From assembly GCA_046483985.1 (NCBI GenBank), contig JAWOCD010000091.1:1-32433 (forward strand): a DNA stretch of 32,433 bases, in the 5' to 3' direction. Both the position numbers and the translations under genes were made by a program. Under the pieces are notes generated by a model, which saw only the letters and a program-made list of their open reading frames with translations, searched no databases and was not told where the DNA came from. Shown here one piece after another: positions 1 to 10,158 of this stretch (positions are counted from its first letter, which is position 1; each line of letters begins with the position of its first letter). The DNA is from Promethearchaeia archaeon (GTDB lineage Archaea; Asgardarchaeota; Lokiarchaeia; Sigyniarchaeales; SOKP01).

Positions 1-6
1 ATATTA

Positions 7-508
7 TTGAAGTCTCCCCGCCCTAAAGGACGGGGATTCCTACGAGTCCACTAAGCGTTAGCTGGTGGGCATATCTTAGGGCTGTGTGTCGTAGAAAACC
101 CGTTCCATTGCTTTAGAAAGGATTCCTCCTTCAAAGAGGGTTGATGCGAAAGGTCAGCAGATGTGAGAAACTTTACCATAATATTAACAGCGGAATTTAA
201 GTCTCTATCCATCTTATGACCACATTCACAACTAATATCACGCTCGGACAAATCAAGTTTCGCTCTTCTTCCACATTTTGCACAAGTCTGTGTAGTATAA
301 GACTCGTCAATTCTTATTACTCTTTTACCTATTTTTTCTGCCTTATAGGGTAAGAATTGGACAAATCTTCCCAATGAACCCGTGTTTTGTAGTGAGTGGT
401 TAAGTGTCAAGGCCATATTTTTAAATAGGTCAAAACCTTAATTTAAGGTTGGAGAACCAACCTATATCATTTAATGTAGTGAACACGCTTTAAGCGTGAG
501 TAGTTCAA
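7..508 (-). mobile_element. Internally deleted IS200/IS605-family (tnpB) element remnant with both subterminal hairpins
   Basis: On the minus strand the 3' end reads GGAATCCCCGTCCTTTAGGGCGGGGAGACTTCAA (GC hairpin then TTCAA, typical of an IS605 right end). The other end has the hairpin CACGCTTTAAGCGTG followed by AGTAGTTCAA (483-508). A TnpB C-terminal fragment lies between them. Confidence 0.75.
51..416 (-). pseudogene. tnpB: TnpB C-terminal fragment (Zn-ribbon plus RuvC-III), N-terminus missing
   Basis: FL-YKAE..G..V..IDESYTTQTCAKCG...CECG..MDRDLNSAVNI motif; only 121 aa, against about 400 aa for a typical TnpB. Confidence 0.9.
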
Positions 509-569
509 GAGATTGTAAGAAAGAGCAAAATAAAAAAAAGTAAAAATTAGAATTTTAAAAAAATTGGAA

Positions 570-3500
570 TTAAAGTTCCAACGGTTGAACCGCATCGTCA
601 CCTAAATCGTAATTTAATTCGGGGTTGTATCCTAATGCTGCAGGTGCCGCCGTATATAATATCAATTCGTTCACCTTGATCCATGCTTCACCACCTAAGA
701 GGGCAGATATAAGAACCTCTGCCGTATCACCAAGTCTTCCTCTTGGAATATGAATGTGAACATCCACCACTACTTCCTGGGGGGTACTGAAATTTTCATA
801 CGAATTGTAATCAAGATTATAGGGCTTGTCGACCGTGAGCTCCATTAAGGGGGTATCAACGTTATCTGTCGCATATAAATTTTTTGCTTGCCAATCTATG
901 TTATCCTCGCTTCCCGTACCCATCCATAGTTCAATAAAGATTTCAGTTAACCAGATTGAAAGCGGAACCGGATTATTCATAGACGCTTGGATATCCACGT
1001 CTATATCGTCTCCAGCAAGAATATCGCCTGCTATAGCAGAAATGGTTTCGCTTGAAGTAAGTTCATCCATGAGGTTCCCCATTAACTTATCAAGATCCAA
1101 AATCATATCAATGGGAAGGGATACGGCAAATTCAAGCCCTTGCTGTTCAACTAAATAATGGGGCCAAAAGCCTTCATCTTCCTCGACGGTTTCTTCATCC
1201 GTGAGTGTCCCGTTTAAACTAGGGACTCCCCAGGCGGGATAACCTCCCGATCCATGCTTTTCCAAATAACGATCACATTTACTCTGGAATTGTGACGGAT
1301 CTCCAATGTTCACCATATCATAAGGAAGATAAATGTCGTATAATTCATAGCCAAATGCCGACACATTCAATAAACCTTGGGCAAGGAAATGAATATTGAA
1401 ATCGCCCGAAGAGATTAATTGAGAGAAAAATTCGTAACTGGCTGGACCTTCAAACATTCGAACATTGAAATTAATCGTCCATCCATCTTCCGGCATTTCT
1501 CCGTTTTCACTTATTCCATTGGGAGGATTCACTCCGCATGTGGCAAGTAAAAGAACGGCTTGGTCGGTTTTTTCTTGGTCCACAACCATATCATTATCCT
1601 TTACCCCATCCATTTCCGTATCATTTTTAACTCCTAAGAGACCATAATCATCATAGTTGTCTTTTACCTCCTGTAAGGAGGGGGCAGTATCATTCCATTC
1701 GAGTTCACTGCGATACTGATCGTAACCTTCCTCTACAACAGGATCATATAAGATGTCATCAATCGACTGCAAATTAACGGATTCATTAATCCAAGTGTAA
1801 CCAAAAGGCATATATTGACAAGCGCTAAACGGATCTTCCATCCAAAGGGAAAGTTTTCCAGAAAGGACCGTGACAGGCAACGTGAGAAGAGCGGTAGTAT
1901 GCAAATTAAGCACGTGAGTTCTGCATCTTCCGCCGAATCCATCTCTATCGTAAAGTAGTGGCCATTTCGTAGGATCTTCAATTCGGTCACCGTCTTGATA
2001 TCGGTTATATTTGGTATAATGGGTTTCAAAATAGGGATTTGGTCTTTTCCGAGACTGAGCCCAATTATCGGCTACTCCCTTAAACCATTCATAACCCTCA
2101 TCTTTTACAAACGTTTCCTTCGGCGTAAATGGACCTTCTCTCCATGAATACTGTTCTTCAAAATCTTCACCACTTTCCCCAGTAAAGTAAGGATCGTCTA
2201 ACGAGCCTGTGTAGTTCGGGATTCCGTTGATCTTATTGTCACGATCCGGATCAAGAGTGTATTCTGGAGCGTTATCGTATTTCGCTTGTCCGTCCCAGCA
2301 TGCAGGCGATCCATCCTCATACTCAGTTTGAGTAGAGTATGCATGCGTTGTGCGGTCGGGGATTCCAGGAAAAGTAATGCCCAGAGTAATTTCGTTGATA
2401 TCGATCGGAATTGACTCTAAGTTCAAAAGGTCACCGAAGAGATCATCGATCCCTTGCGACATCATTAATCGCTCCATCATTTGTTCTCTCGGATGTTGAT
2501 ACGATTGGAGCGGAGTAACAGATTGCCGTAAATATTCTTTCATCGCCAGTCCGCTACTTCCCATTACCAATCCGCTTATTGGTTCGAACAGCGCATTCAA
2601 TTTCGGATTATAAAGGTCCATCTCTATATCCATAGAAAACATCGTGACATTTACTTCACCCGCGATTGCAATTCCGTTGATTAAATCTGCAATTGCCGTA
2701 TCACTTGCATTTTCATCGAGTATTTTAGTAGCTTTATTGAGAAAGGAAACAAGGGGTGCGTAATAGGGATGATATTCATAGTAGTGGTCTGGATATCCAT
2801 CATATTCTTGAACGGGGAAATAAGGACCGCCCAAATCGCTCCAGTATTTTCGTTTATAACGTGTATCCCAAGTTCCGTGTGATTTGTTCAACAGATTCAC
2901 TTCTAATCCCATTCTATTTAGGGTTGGTTTTTGCAATCCAAGTACATTTGTACTGTTAAACCCTCCACCTTCGGTCTTGTTTTTATCAAACTGTTCTGGA
3001 GTAATAACATCTTCTCTTCCTATTTCCGAAAGAGTACCATTATCTAGTTCGAAGACAATATCTTCAGGATCATAGTCCCAGTTTTCTCCCGAGGTCGTGT
3101 TTGCGGGTTCATTATACATAGATGTGTTATACAAATACGGTTTATTTGGATCCCTTTCAAGATCGGGATATTCAGCCCCAGGATAACAACTGTTAAAGAA
3201 AGCTGGGCCGTCAACCAAAGAAACCTCTGCAATAGACGCTTCTTTGGCAACATCATGAATATCATGCCCACCCTCTACGTATAATGCGTCATAGAGACCT
3301 CCGTCGAGCAATTGTAAATTCATTCCATCAATTGACATATTGAACATAGTTTGGAGCCACATACTCAACCCGACCGACATGAGGGGATCTTCATAGTTCA
3401 AGGGACCCACTTCTTGATAATTTCCGAGAGATATATCTGCAATCGAAAATTGCATCACATTCTCCAAAATAGAGTCGGTATTAATATCTTGAGAGACCCG

Positions 3501-6500
3501 TGGACCCATGAGATCCATAAACGGCCCGGAAAATGGATTCAGCGAGCCTAATAGAGACGCGATATCCAGTCCACCGGTTAGTTTTGTTAAGTTGATCGCG
3601 GGCAAATAATCAGATTTGAGCCTTATATCGCAGCCGAAGATATTCAGTTCGGCAGATATGTTAAGAGAGCCCGTCATCGAAAGATCATTCAATAGATTAT
3701 TAATCCATTTCGCAGTCTCTTCATTTTTATGGAAACGAAGAGTTATATTGACTTCTTTGCTTGTACTATGGGTCAAACCTTCGGGACCGTCAGAGATCTC
3801 AATATCTAAAATGGGTTCGGTGCCATTCTCTACAGTTTCATATACAGTTACATTGAATCCTTTGATATCGAGCGACATCATATAATTGATGACTTCTGCG
3901 GATAAAGTAATCGTGCCTATCCCTTCAGTCCCGTTACCAAAGTCTGTTTCTGAAATGTCAAGGATTGAAATCTCTCCCAACTTGAATAGTTCGTCAACGT
4001 TAATCCCTTGTGCCATACGTGGCATAAAACTGGAGGTTCCAGCCCAAAGAGAGACGGGTTCTGGCTCTCCTGTTTCAGCATCGAGCTCAATATCGTAAAT
4101 CATATCATCGATCCCGTCTACAAGTTCTGAACCGTTCAGACCAAGGTCAAAGTCCTCCATTTTAAAGTCGATGGCTAAATCGGGCATATAAATGCCCGAG
4201 AGATTCAGATTCGTCGTTCCAGTTGCTCTCAGATCGACCGTATTTGTAATAGTATCGTTTTCGAAAAATTCTTCCATAAAATCGTGAATGAATGTACAGA
4301 GGGCCTTCGTCTCATAAATCGTAAGGGATATTGCGATATCTTCACGTTTTCCGCCTTTCACATCAAAATATTCATCAACCTGGATACCCACCATATCTTG
4401 CCATTCCCCATCTTTATCTTTACTCTGTAGTCGCAGATCTGTGTTGCCTAACCCGAGTGAGATGAATAATTCTTCGATATAGAAATCATTTAATGAAATG
4501 GTAAAGGTTGTTGATTCCCCTTGAATTACATCCACATCTAAGCCCAATTCAAATTCCATCTCAGAACCGAGTAAATCACCGAATAAACCACCAACCAAAT
4601 CATTAATTAATCCATTTAGGAGATCACTGATTGGATCACCATCTTCATCCTCCTCTTCTTCTTGTGAACTTGTGGGATATTGCTGAAGTTTTGGACTGCT
4701 CCCTAATAATGTGAACAATGCGGGCATAGGATTCATTCCCATGAGCATTGAAATGGGAGTATATGAAACACTCGTTTGGGTTGCATTATCATCTCCGCCA
4801 GTATCGGTAAGTCCTCCGATTAACCCCGGTACCAATTCTTCCAACAAGTCCATTAACATAGACTCAAGATCCATCTCAAGGGGGAGTGCTGCATCAAAAG
4901 CTCCCCACGTATAATTTTCTTGAAAGAGCTGGAGTTCGTCAAACGAAGCAACGAGTATTCCATCCAATGTAAAGTTTGAAATTAAAGTCTTTAAGAATTC
5001 CGCAGCGAACGGTTGAATGGTCTTATTTTTGAAAATAGTTATATCAATATTTATGGTTGTGTATGAGTCCATACCGTCAATATATACTTGATCGCTTTCA
5101 TTTCCTGTCAATCCTAAAGTCATAAATGTCTTCCGTACATTATTTATTTCCGTTCCCAATCCGAGCTTCATGCCCTTGAATCCGCAGTAAAAATCCAGCA
5201 TCGTATTGTTTAGACTAATCGGAAGTCCCACGCTCAAGTTAGCATCTGAACCCCATGATTCTTCAATCTGGTCCAGTGTAAAATCGGGAAACTCAATCAT
5301 ATTAATAAAATCGTCTAATAAAGTATCAACACTTTCAGGATTATCAAGATCACTGCTTGGAGAAGGAATCCCCAACATTGCTTTGGATGGACCTTCCGTC
5401 ATTCCTGTGACGAAATGCTTCATCATTCCCATTAATCCGTAATCGGGAGCTAACTTAAGCATGTTATCGGGATCTAATACGCCTTCTTCGGTAACCAGAG
5501 GTGGCAGCACATCCATCGGAATGGAAACATCCTCAATATCTAATCCAAAGATATTAATATCTATGTTTTTAATCTTTATTCCGCAATCTAATTTCCCCAA
5601 ATGGAGTAGATTATAGAGAAAATACCAGCCGGGATAATTTTCGTACGCGGGTCCATTCGTTGTAAAGTTTCCCTTTCCCGCCAGAAAGCTTTCGAGAGAA
5701 TAATTGTTGTCTGCTGAGGCATCCCAGTCTATTCGAGAGGATGGATGTTCTTTCTCATCATTAATATCATCTTTAAATATTGTTAAATTCATCCCGAATA
5801 CTGAAGGCGGACTATCTGCGCCGCCGAGATATATTTCATTTGTTTTCGTTGTAAATAATTTAGCAATAGGAGCATTGTAATTATCTGCCCAATTTTCATC
5901 TTCTTTTATTGATTGAGCATCCTCGTATTCTTTCTGATCATTTACCATTAGCTGAACATCCATATCGGACATATTAATCGGACCTAATTTAATCCCACCA
6001 AGGTCTTCTGGGCTCACGAAATCACCTAAACCCATGATGGCACCTAATCCAAAATTAAATTGTGTCTTATTTTCGGACATAGCAAAACTCACATTCATAG
6101 GTCCTGAATCTTCTTCAGATTGAGATAGGCGGGGTAATAAAGACTTTCTTTTGGCATTAGTGTAAGGATCGAGTTCGATTTTTTCGTTTTCCATGGTTTT
6201 AGGCTGTTCTGGTGAAGAGTCAAGCGTATCTTCCATGCTTAATCCTCCTAATAATTCCTCTATATCTAACATCCCGGTAATTGCATCTCTAATGAGAGGT
6301 TCAATGTCTAATTCAACGGGTGGCAAGAATTCGGTATTGACTTGCATGCCGTTGTACGTAAGTGACTGGATATTCAAACTAAGTTCCAGGTCGGAAAGGA
6401 GGTTTGATAACCATTCACCCCCCGCTTCTTTCTCTAACTTCAAAGTCAGAAAAATGGTTTTTGTATCGTAGGGAGCAACGCTTATTTCGTCGTTGTTATA

Positions 6501-7079
6501 TGCTTTTCCTACAAAATTTCCTGCATCGTCATAGAGTTCCATCTCAAAACTTCCCACTTGAGCAGGTAGAAAAGAAGGGTTACGAGCGGGAAAGGAAATC
6601 ATAAGATTTCCCGGACCTTTATCTTCAAGATATTCAAGTCCAAAATCACTGAAATTCATTTCTAACCCCATAACAGAGAGGGTCGTAATGAAGAAAAGTG
6701 GGGCGCTCATAATAACCAACCATATTAGAATGGCGGCTTTCCTTTTTTTAGAGAGGCCTTTCGCCTCTTCGACCTTTTCTTTTACCCGCTTCTGAACTCT
6801 TGCTAATCGCTTCTGGGAAACTTTTTTATCCGTTTTTTTCTTGTATTTACGGGTAATCTTTACTTCTTCCTCTTCGTCCTTTTTGTAGAGCTTTCGAGCA
6901 CCGCGTTTCCGTTTTATGGTACGGCTTTTCTCTGGTTTATCTTCCTCATCAATAGAATCTTGAAGATTTTTTCGAACGTCTCTAAGTTTTTTCAAAACAT
7001 CCTCGTCTTTCTCCGTATCATCTTTTTTATATAGTTTCGGTCTTTTACGTTTTTTTTTTTCATTATTTTCATCAGACAT
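570..7079 (-). CDS. Giant type II membrane protein: charged cytoplasmic N-terminus, one TM helix, then tandem LEA_2/WHy-like extracellular modules
   Basis: 2169-aa ORF. K/R/E-rich residues 1-113, then a hydrophobic helix (AAILIWLVIMSAPLFFITTLSVMGL), then the LEA_2-like signature NPSFLPAQVGSFEMELYD..VGKA..ISVAPYDTKTIFLTL. The rest is acidic with many N-x-S/T sequons and recurring helix plus beta-hairpin motifs. Confidence 0.8.
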   Translation of the reverse strand: MSDENNEKKKRKRPKLYKKDDTEKDEDVLKKLRDVRKNLQDSIDEEDKPEKSRTIKRKRGARKLYKKDEEEEVKITRKYKKKTDKKVSQKRLARVQKRVKEKVEEAKGLSKKRKAAILIWLVIMSAPLFFITTLSVMGLEMNFSDFGLEYLEDKGPGNLMISFPARNPSFLPAQVGSFEMELYDDAGNFVGKAYNNDEISVAPYDTKTIFLTLKLEKEAGGEWLSNLLSDLELSLNIQSLTYNGMQVNTEFLPPVELDIEPLIRDAITGMLDIEELLGGLSMEDTLDSSPEQPKTMENEKIELDPYTNAKRKSLLPRLSQSEEDSGPMNVSFAMSENKTQFNFGLGAIMGLGDFVSPEDLGGIKLGPINMSDMDVQLMVNDQKEYEDAQSIKEDENWADNYNAPIAKLFTTKTNEIYLGGADSPPSVFGMNLTIFKDDINDEKEHPSSRIDWDASADNNYSLESFLAGKGNFTTNGPAYENYPGWYFLYNLLHLGKLDCGIKIKNIDINIFGLDIEDVSIPMDVLPPLVTEEGVLDPDNMLKLAPDYGLMGMMKHFVTGMTEGPSKAMLGIPSPSSDLDNPESVDTLLDDFINMIEFPDFTLDQIEESWGSDANLSVGLPISLNNTMLDFYCGFKGMKLGLGTEINNVRKTFMTLGLTGNESDQVYIDGMDSYTTINIDITIFKNKTIQPFAAEFLKTLISNFTLDGILVASFDELQLFQENYTWGAFDAALPLEMDLESMLMDLLEELVPGLIGGLTDTGGDDNATQTSVSYTPISMLMGMNPMPALFTLLGSSPKLQQYPTSSQEEEEDEDGDPISDLLNGLINDLVGGLFGDLLGSEMEFELGLDVDVIQGESTTFTISLNDFYIEELFISLGLGNTDLRLQSKDKDGEWQDMVGIQVDEYFDVKGGKREDIAISLTIYETKALCTFIHDFMEEFFENDTITNTVDLRATGTTNLNLSGIYMPDLAIDFKMEDFDLGLNGSELVDGIDDMIYDIELDAETGEPEPVSLWAGTSSFMPRMAQGINVDELFKLGEISILDISETDFGNGTEGIGTITLSAEVINYMMSLDIKGFNVTVYETVENGTEPILDIEISDGPEGLTHSTSKEVNITLRFHKNEETAKWINNLLNDLSMTGSLNISAELNIFGCDIRLKSDYLPAINLTKLTGGLDIASLLGSLNPFSGPFMDLMGPRVSQDINTDSILENVMQFSIADISLGNYQEVGPLNYEDPLMSVGLSMWLQTMFNMSIDGMNLQLLDGGLYDALYVEGGHDIHDVAKEASIAEVSLVDGPAFFNSCYPGAEYPDLERDPNKPYLYNTSMYNEPANTTSGENWDYDPEDIVFELDNGTLSEIGREDVITPEQFDKNKTEGGGFNSTNVLGLQKPTLNRMGLEVNLLNKSHGTWDTRYKRKYWSDLGGPYFPVQEYDGYPDHYYEYHPYYAPLVSFLNKATKILDENASDTAIADLINGIAIAGEVNVTMFSMDIEMDLYNPKLNALFEPISGLVMGSSGLAMKEYLRQSVTPLQSYQHPREQMMERLMMSQGIDDLFGDLLNLESIPIDINEITLGITFPGIPDRTTHAYSTQTEYEDGSPACWDGQAKYDNAPEYTLDPDRDNKINGIPNYTGSLDDPYFTGESGEDFEEQYSWREGPFTPKETFVKDEGYEWFKGVADNWAQSRKRPNPYFETHYTKYNRYQDGDRIEDPTKWPLLYDRDGFGGRCRTHVLNLHTTALLTLPVTVLSGKLSLWMEDPFSACQYMPFGYTWINESVNLQSIDDILYDPVVEEGYDQYRSELEWNDTAPSLQEVKDNYDDYGLLGVKNDTEMDGVKDNDMVVDQEKTDQAVLLLATCGVNPPNGISENGEMPEDGWTINFNVRMFEGPASYEFFSQLISSGDFNIHFLAQGLLNVSAFGYELYDIYLPYDMVNIGDPSQFQSKCDRYLEKHGSGGYPAWGVPSLNGTLTDEETVEEDEGFWPHYLVEQQGLEFAVSLPIDMILDLDKLMGNLMDELTSSETISAIAGDILAGDDIDVDIQASMNNPVPLSIWLTEIFIELWMGTGSEDNIDWQAKNLYATDNVDTPLMELTVDKPYNLDYNSYENFSTPQEVVVDVHIHIPRGRLGDTAEVLISALLGGEAWIKVNELILYTAAPAALGYNPELNYDLGDDAVQPLEL

Positions 7080-7292
7080 AATTAAAACATCGATTTTTTT
7101 ATTAAAAATAGGATTAAAATTTATTGTTTGCTTAAAAAATTCCTAGGTATAATATTATTTAGACTAGTATATAAACCATTATTGTCAAGGATGATTGTGA
7201 ATGTTTTTTGGAAGAAATAAAATATGTCAAGATATTTTGACATGTTTTGGAGGGAACTTTTGTTCTAGAGATCTTGTCCAGCCATAAGGGAT

Positions 7293-8309
7293 TCATTGAC
7301 TTTTTTGTTTTTGGGTTTCCAATTTTAATTTATCATCTTTCACTTGTTGTAAAAAAAGATTGGGAATTATCTCCTCTTCCACAAGTTTTTCAAGGGTTTC
7401 AATGATTTCCTCATCATTCCATTGACCTCTGATCCCGCCTTCTGTCTGCTCTTTCAATTCTTTAAAAGAAAAAGAGTCAGAGACACTTCGCTTTTTGATA
7501 TATCTAATAATTCTAAATATCTTGGAGTGAATTCGTAAAATACAGTGAATCTGTCGTATTAAATCCTCCTTTTCCGCTCTAATCTCCTTCCAGTACTGCA
7601 GATCCTCGGAAAACTCTCCTTGGTATGTTGGATACTGGTTAATCTTTTTATTAACCAGTTCACGGATTTCTTCTTCTAAAATGTCATTCAAGTTTGAGAA
7701 ATTATGAATCTTTTCGACCATCTCCTCTTGTCGGTTATGTGCTTCCTCGTAATCTAAGGATAAAGCCTCAGATGATAATTCCGTATATCTCTGGTTCATA
7801 TCTTCGATCTTTTTATTTATTTTTTCTCGTAATCTATCCCGAATTGAGTCAATCTTCTCTTTCTCTTCAATTTTTGTCTTTTTGACCTTATTTATTTGGT
7901 CTTTCAACTCTTCAGCACAAGTTCTTACATGTTCGGAAGAATCCTTACAAAATTCAACAAATAAGGGAAGGGTTTGTGTAATAAGAGATAATTTTGGTTT
8001 ACTCAATACAAGATTGCCTAATATATAGACCGCAAACTCCTTTACATGATCATCCTGTTCATTTTTCAGAAGATCCATGAAAAATTCTATGATCTCTATA
8101 AAAAAAGGATCGAATTGAGCTATTTTCTCCAAAACAAAACATAAGGAAACTCTGGTCTTCGAATTTAAAGTGGTATCTCTAATAAAATTAAAGACGGTTT
8201 TCAATTTATTCTTTATTCCGCTTACATCCATTCGTTTAAGAGCATTATTTAGATCCCTAATACAATCTACAATCTCTTGAGACCAGAATTTCTGAATTTT
8301 AAGTTTCAT
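7293..8309 (-). CDS. HEAT/ARM-repeat protein with coiled coil and probable C-terminal winged helix
   Basis: HEAT-like motifs LLKNEQDDHVKEFAVYILGNL and FCKDSSEHVRTCAEE; E/K-rich heptad region; C-terminal SFSFKELKEQ...DEEIIETLEKLVEEEII. Confidence 0.7.
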   Translation of the reverse strand: MKLKIQKFWSQEIVDCIRDLNNALKRMDVSGIKNKLKTVFNFIRDTTLNSKTRVSLCFVLEKIAQFDPFFIEIIEFFMDLLKNEQDDHVKEFAVYILGNLVLSKPKLSLITQTLPLFVEFCKDSSEHVRTCAEELKDQINKVKKTKIEEKEKIDSIRDRLREKINKKIEDMNQRYTELSSEALSLDYEEAHNRQEEMVEKIHNFSNLNDILEEEIRELVNKKINQYPTYQGEFSEDLQYWKEIRAEKEDLIRQIHCILRIHSKIFRIIRYIKKRSVSDSFSFKELKEQTEGGIRGQWNDEEIIETLEKLVEEEIIPNLFLQQVKDDKLKLETQKQKSQ

Positions 8310-8355
8310 CTTCTTAATTTCATTAAATCCTTCTTCTACACATAATTAGTAGAGA

Positions 8356-9153
8356 TTAAAAAATTAAATCTTTGTAATTGTAATAAAATTGAAAGAATCG
8401 ATTTGTCGTAAGGGAGATTATTATTAAATGGGCAAATAAATTTAAGAGAAAAAATACCCATATATCTTTTATTGAAATTAGGAAATCCGTTGTTGTGGAT
8501 CCTTCTTGAAAGAGAAAAATAAATATATCTTGGGAGAACAAGAGCAAAATACCAAATGAACTTATGATTTCCAGGGCCGCGAATAACATAACCTTTTTAT
8601 CTCCTTCATAAAATCCAATAGCGAGCATAGCTATAAAAAGAAGAAACGCGATAAAAAGGAAAAGGGCAGAAAGGTCAAGCCACATCGAATAACTACTTGC
8701 ACTAATAAGATAATTCCCATTTGAAGTTTCCCAAAAAAGAAAGCGGAGTAAATTTCCCAAAGAGAGGAGGGGGAGAATAAACGTAATTAAAGAAAGTATG
8801 AAATACCCGTTTATTGTGGTAAAGTGAGTGAATTTTAACTGCTCTAAAAATTCTTCCTTCTCTATAGCGGAAAGTAGATTTTTTAGTTCCTTTTGAATTT
8901 TTGATGGTATTTTTTTAGAAAGAAATTGAATATCCAGAGAAGAGGTAAATTTTTTATTATCAATAGATCCGAGTAATGTATCAATTGATTTTTTTCCTTT
9001 TTCGAGTTTTTCTAAACTACTTTGGGGTCCGTTCCACAAGTATATGGTCTTATCCTCTTTATCCAAGAGAGCAACTAAATCGTGATATAATACGTTTTCC
9101 TCTTCGATCCAATTATTATTCTGCTCTTGAAAGATAAAAGATTTCATTTTCAT
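8356..9153 (-). CDS. Gelsolin-like domain fused to about 4 C-terminal TM helices
   Basis: N-terminal DLVALLDKEDKTIYLWNGPQSSLEK resembles the gelsolin repeat core (D..iLD....iyvW.G..ss). Four hydrophobic segments follow after residue ~113. Confidence 0.6.
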   Translation of the reverse strand: MKMKSFIFQEQNNNWIEEENVLYHDLVALLDKEDKTIYLWNGPQSSLEKLEKGKKSIDTLLGSIDNKKFTSSLDIQFLSKKIPSKIQKELKNLLSAIEKEEFLEQLKFTHFTTINGYFILSLITFILPLLSLGNLLRFLFWETSNGNYLISASSYSMWLDLSALFLFIAFLLFIAMLAIGFYEGDKKVMLFAALEIISSFGILLLFSQDIFIFLFQEGSTTTDFLISIKDIWVFFLLNLFAHLIIISLTTNRFFQFYYNYKDLIF

Positions 9154-9251
9154 TTTAAAATTTCTTAAATTTAATTTAAGAAAGTAATTTAAGAAAAATA
9201 AGAATTATAAAAATTTATATTTTAAGAATTCCAATCGTATTCCCTTTCAAA

Positions 9252-10157
9252 TTACTGCTTATTCTCAGATACACGCTTTTGGAGCTCAATCCATAAATTA
9301 TCGATGTATTCTTCATAATCCTTAACTTCTTCCTCGGTAATTCCAGAAAATCTTTGTTGCTCGTCCAGGTATTGGTGTATTGGTTTTCGATTCTCTTTCT
9401 TCAAAATCTTTTTGCTTTCTCGGGAAAGATTGAATTTTCCATTAATTACTTCGTAAAGTGGCCAAAAGCCGGTTTGAACCGCCAATTTCCCGATTTTGAT
9501 GGTATCTTTGGGATCAAATCCCCAGCCAGGAGCACATGGAGCAAAAATATGAATATACTTGGTACCATCGATGTCCTTTGCCTTTTGGAATTTTTCGTAT
9601 AAGTCTAAGGGATAGGAAGCACAAGTAGTCGCTACATAAGGAATACCATGCGCTTCCATAATCCGTGGCATATCTTTTTTACGCTGCTTTTTACCTCCAG
9701 GGGTTGTGGTACTATATGCCCCAAGAGGGGTAGAACCGCTTCGTTGCACACCAGTATTCATATAAGCTTCATTATCATAACAAGCATAAATAAGATTGGT
9801 GCCCCGCTCTGCGGCGCCGCTCAACGCTTGTATACCAATATCTGCAGTACCTCCATCACCCGCAAAGGCAACGACAGTTATCTCATCATCAAGATCTTTT
9901 TCTTCCAAAGAGGCAATAATACCCGCCGCGGACGCACCTGTAGTAGCAAAAGGAGTATGTAAAACTGAAATCTTTGTTGAGCAAAAGCCTTGCATTCCGT
10001 GTAGGACTGTCAAACAACTTGCCGGAACTGTGGTAATAGTCTTTGGACCTAATGCCTTAAGCGCCATTCGATATGCCAAGGCCATAGCACATCCTGCACA
10101 AGCCCGTGTTCCGGGATATATTAATTCTTCTTCGCGAACATCCATAACATTTACCAT
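9252..10157 (-). CDS. porB: Pyruvate/2-oxoacid:ferredoxin oxidoreductase beta subunit (TPP-binding)
   Basis: ACAGC, PASCL, GDGG...YDNEAYMNTG TPP motif, APCAPGW. Confidence 0.95.
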   Translation of the reverse strand: MVNVMDVREEELIYPGTRACAGCAMALAYRMALKALGPKTITTVPASCLTVLHGMQGFCSTKISVLHTPFATTGASAAGIIASLEEKDLDDEITVVAFAGDGGTADIGIQALSGAAERGTNLIYACYDNEAYMNTGVQRSGSTPLGAYSTTTPGGKKQRKKDMPRIMEAHGIPYVATTCASYPLDLYEKFQKAKDIDGTKYIHIFAPCAPGWGFDPKDTIKIGKLAVQTGFWPLYEVINGKFNLSRESKKILKKENRKPIHQYLDEQQRFSGITEEEVKDYEEYIDNLWIELQKRVSENKQ

Positions 10158-10158
10158 T

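Noticed and set aside
826-6604. Many short ORFs overlapping the 2169-aa gene
   Set aside because: Antisense or alternate-frame shadows with no recognisable motifs.
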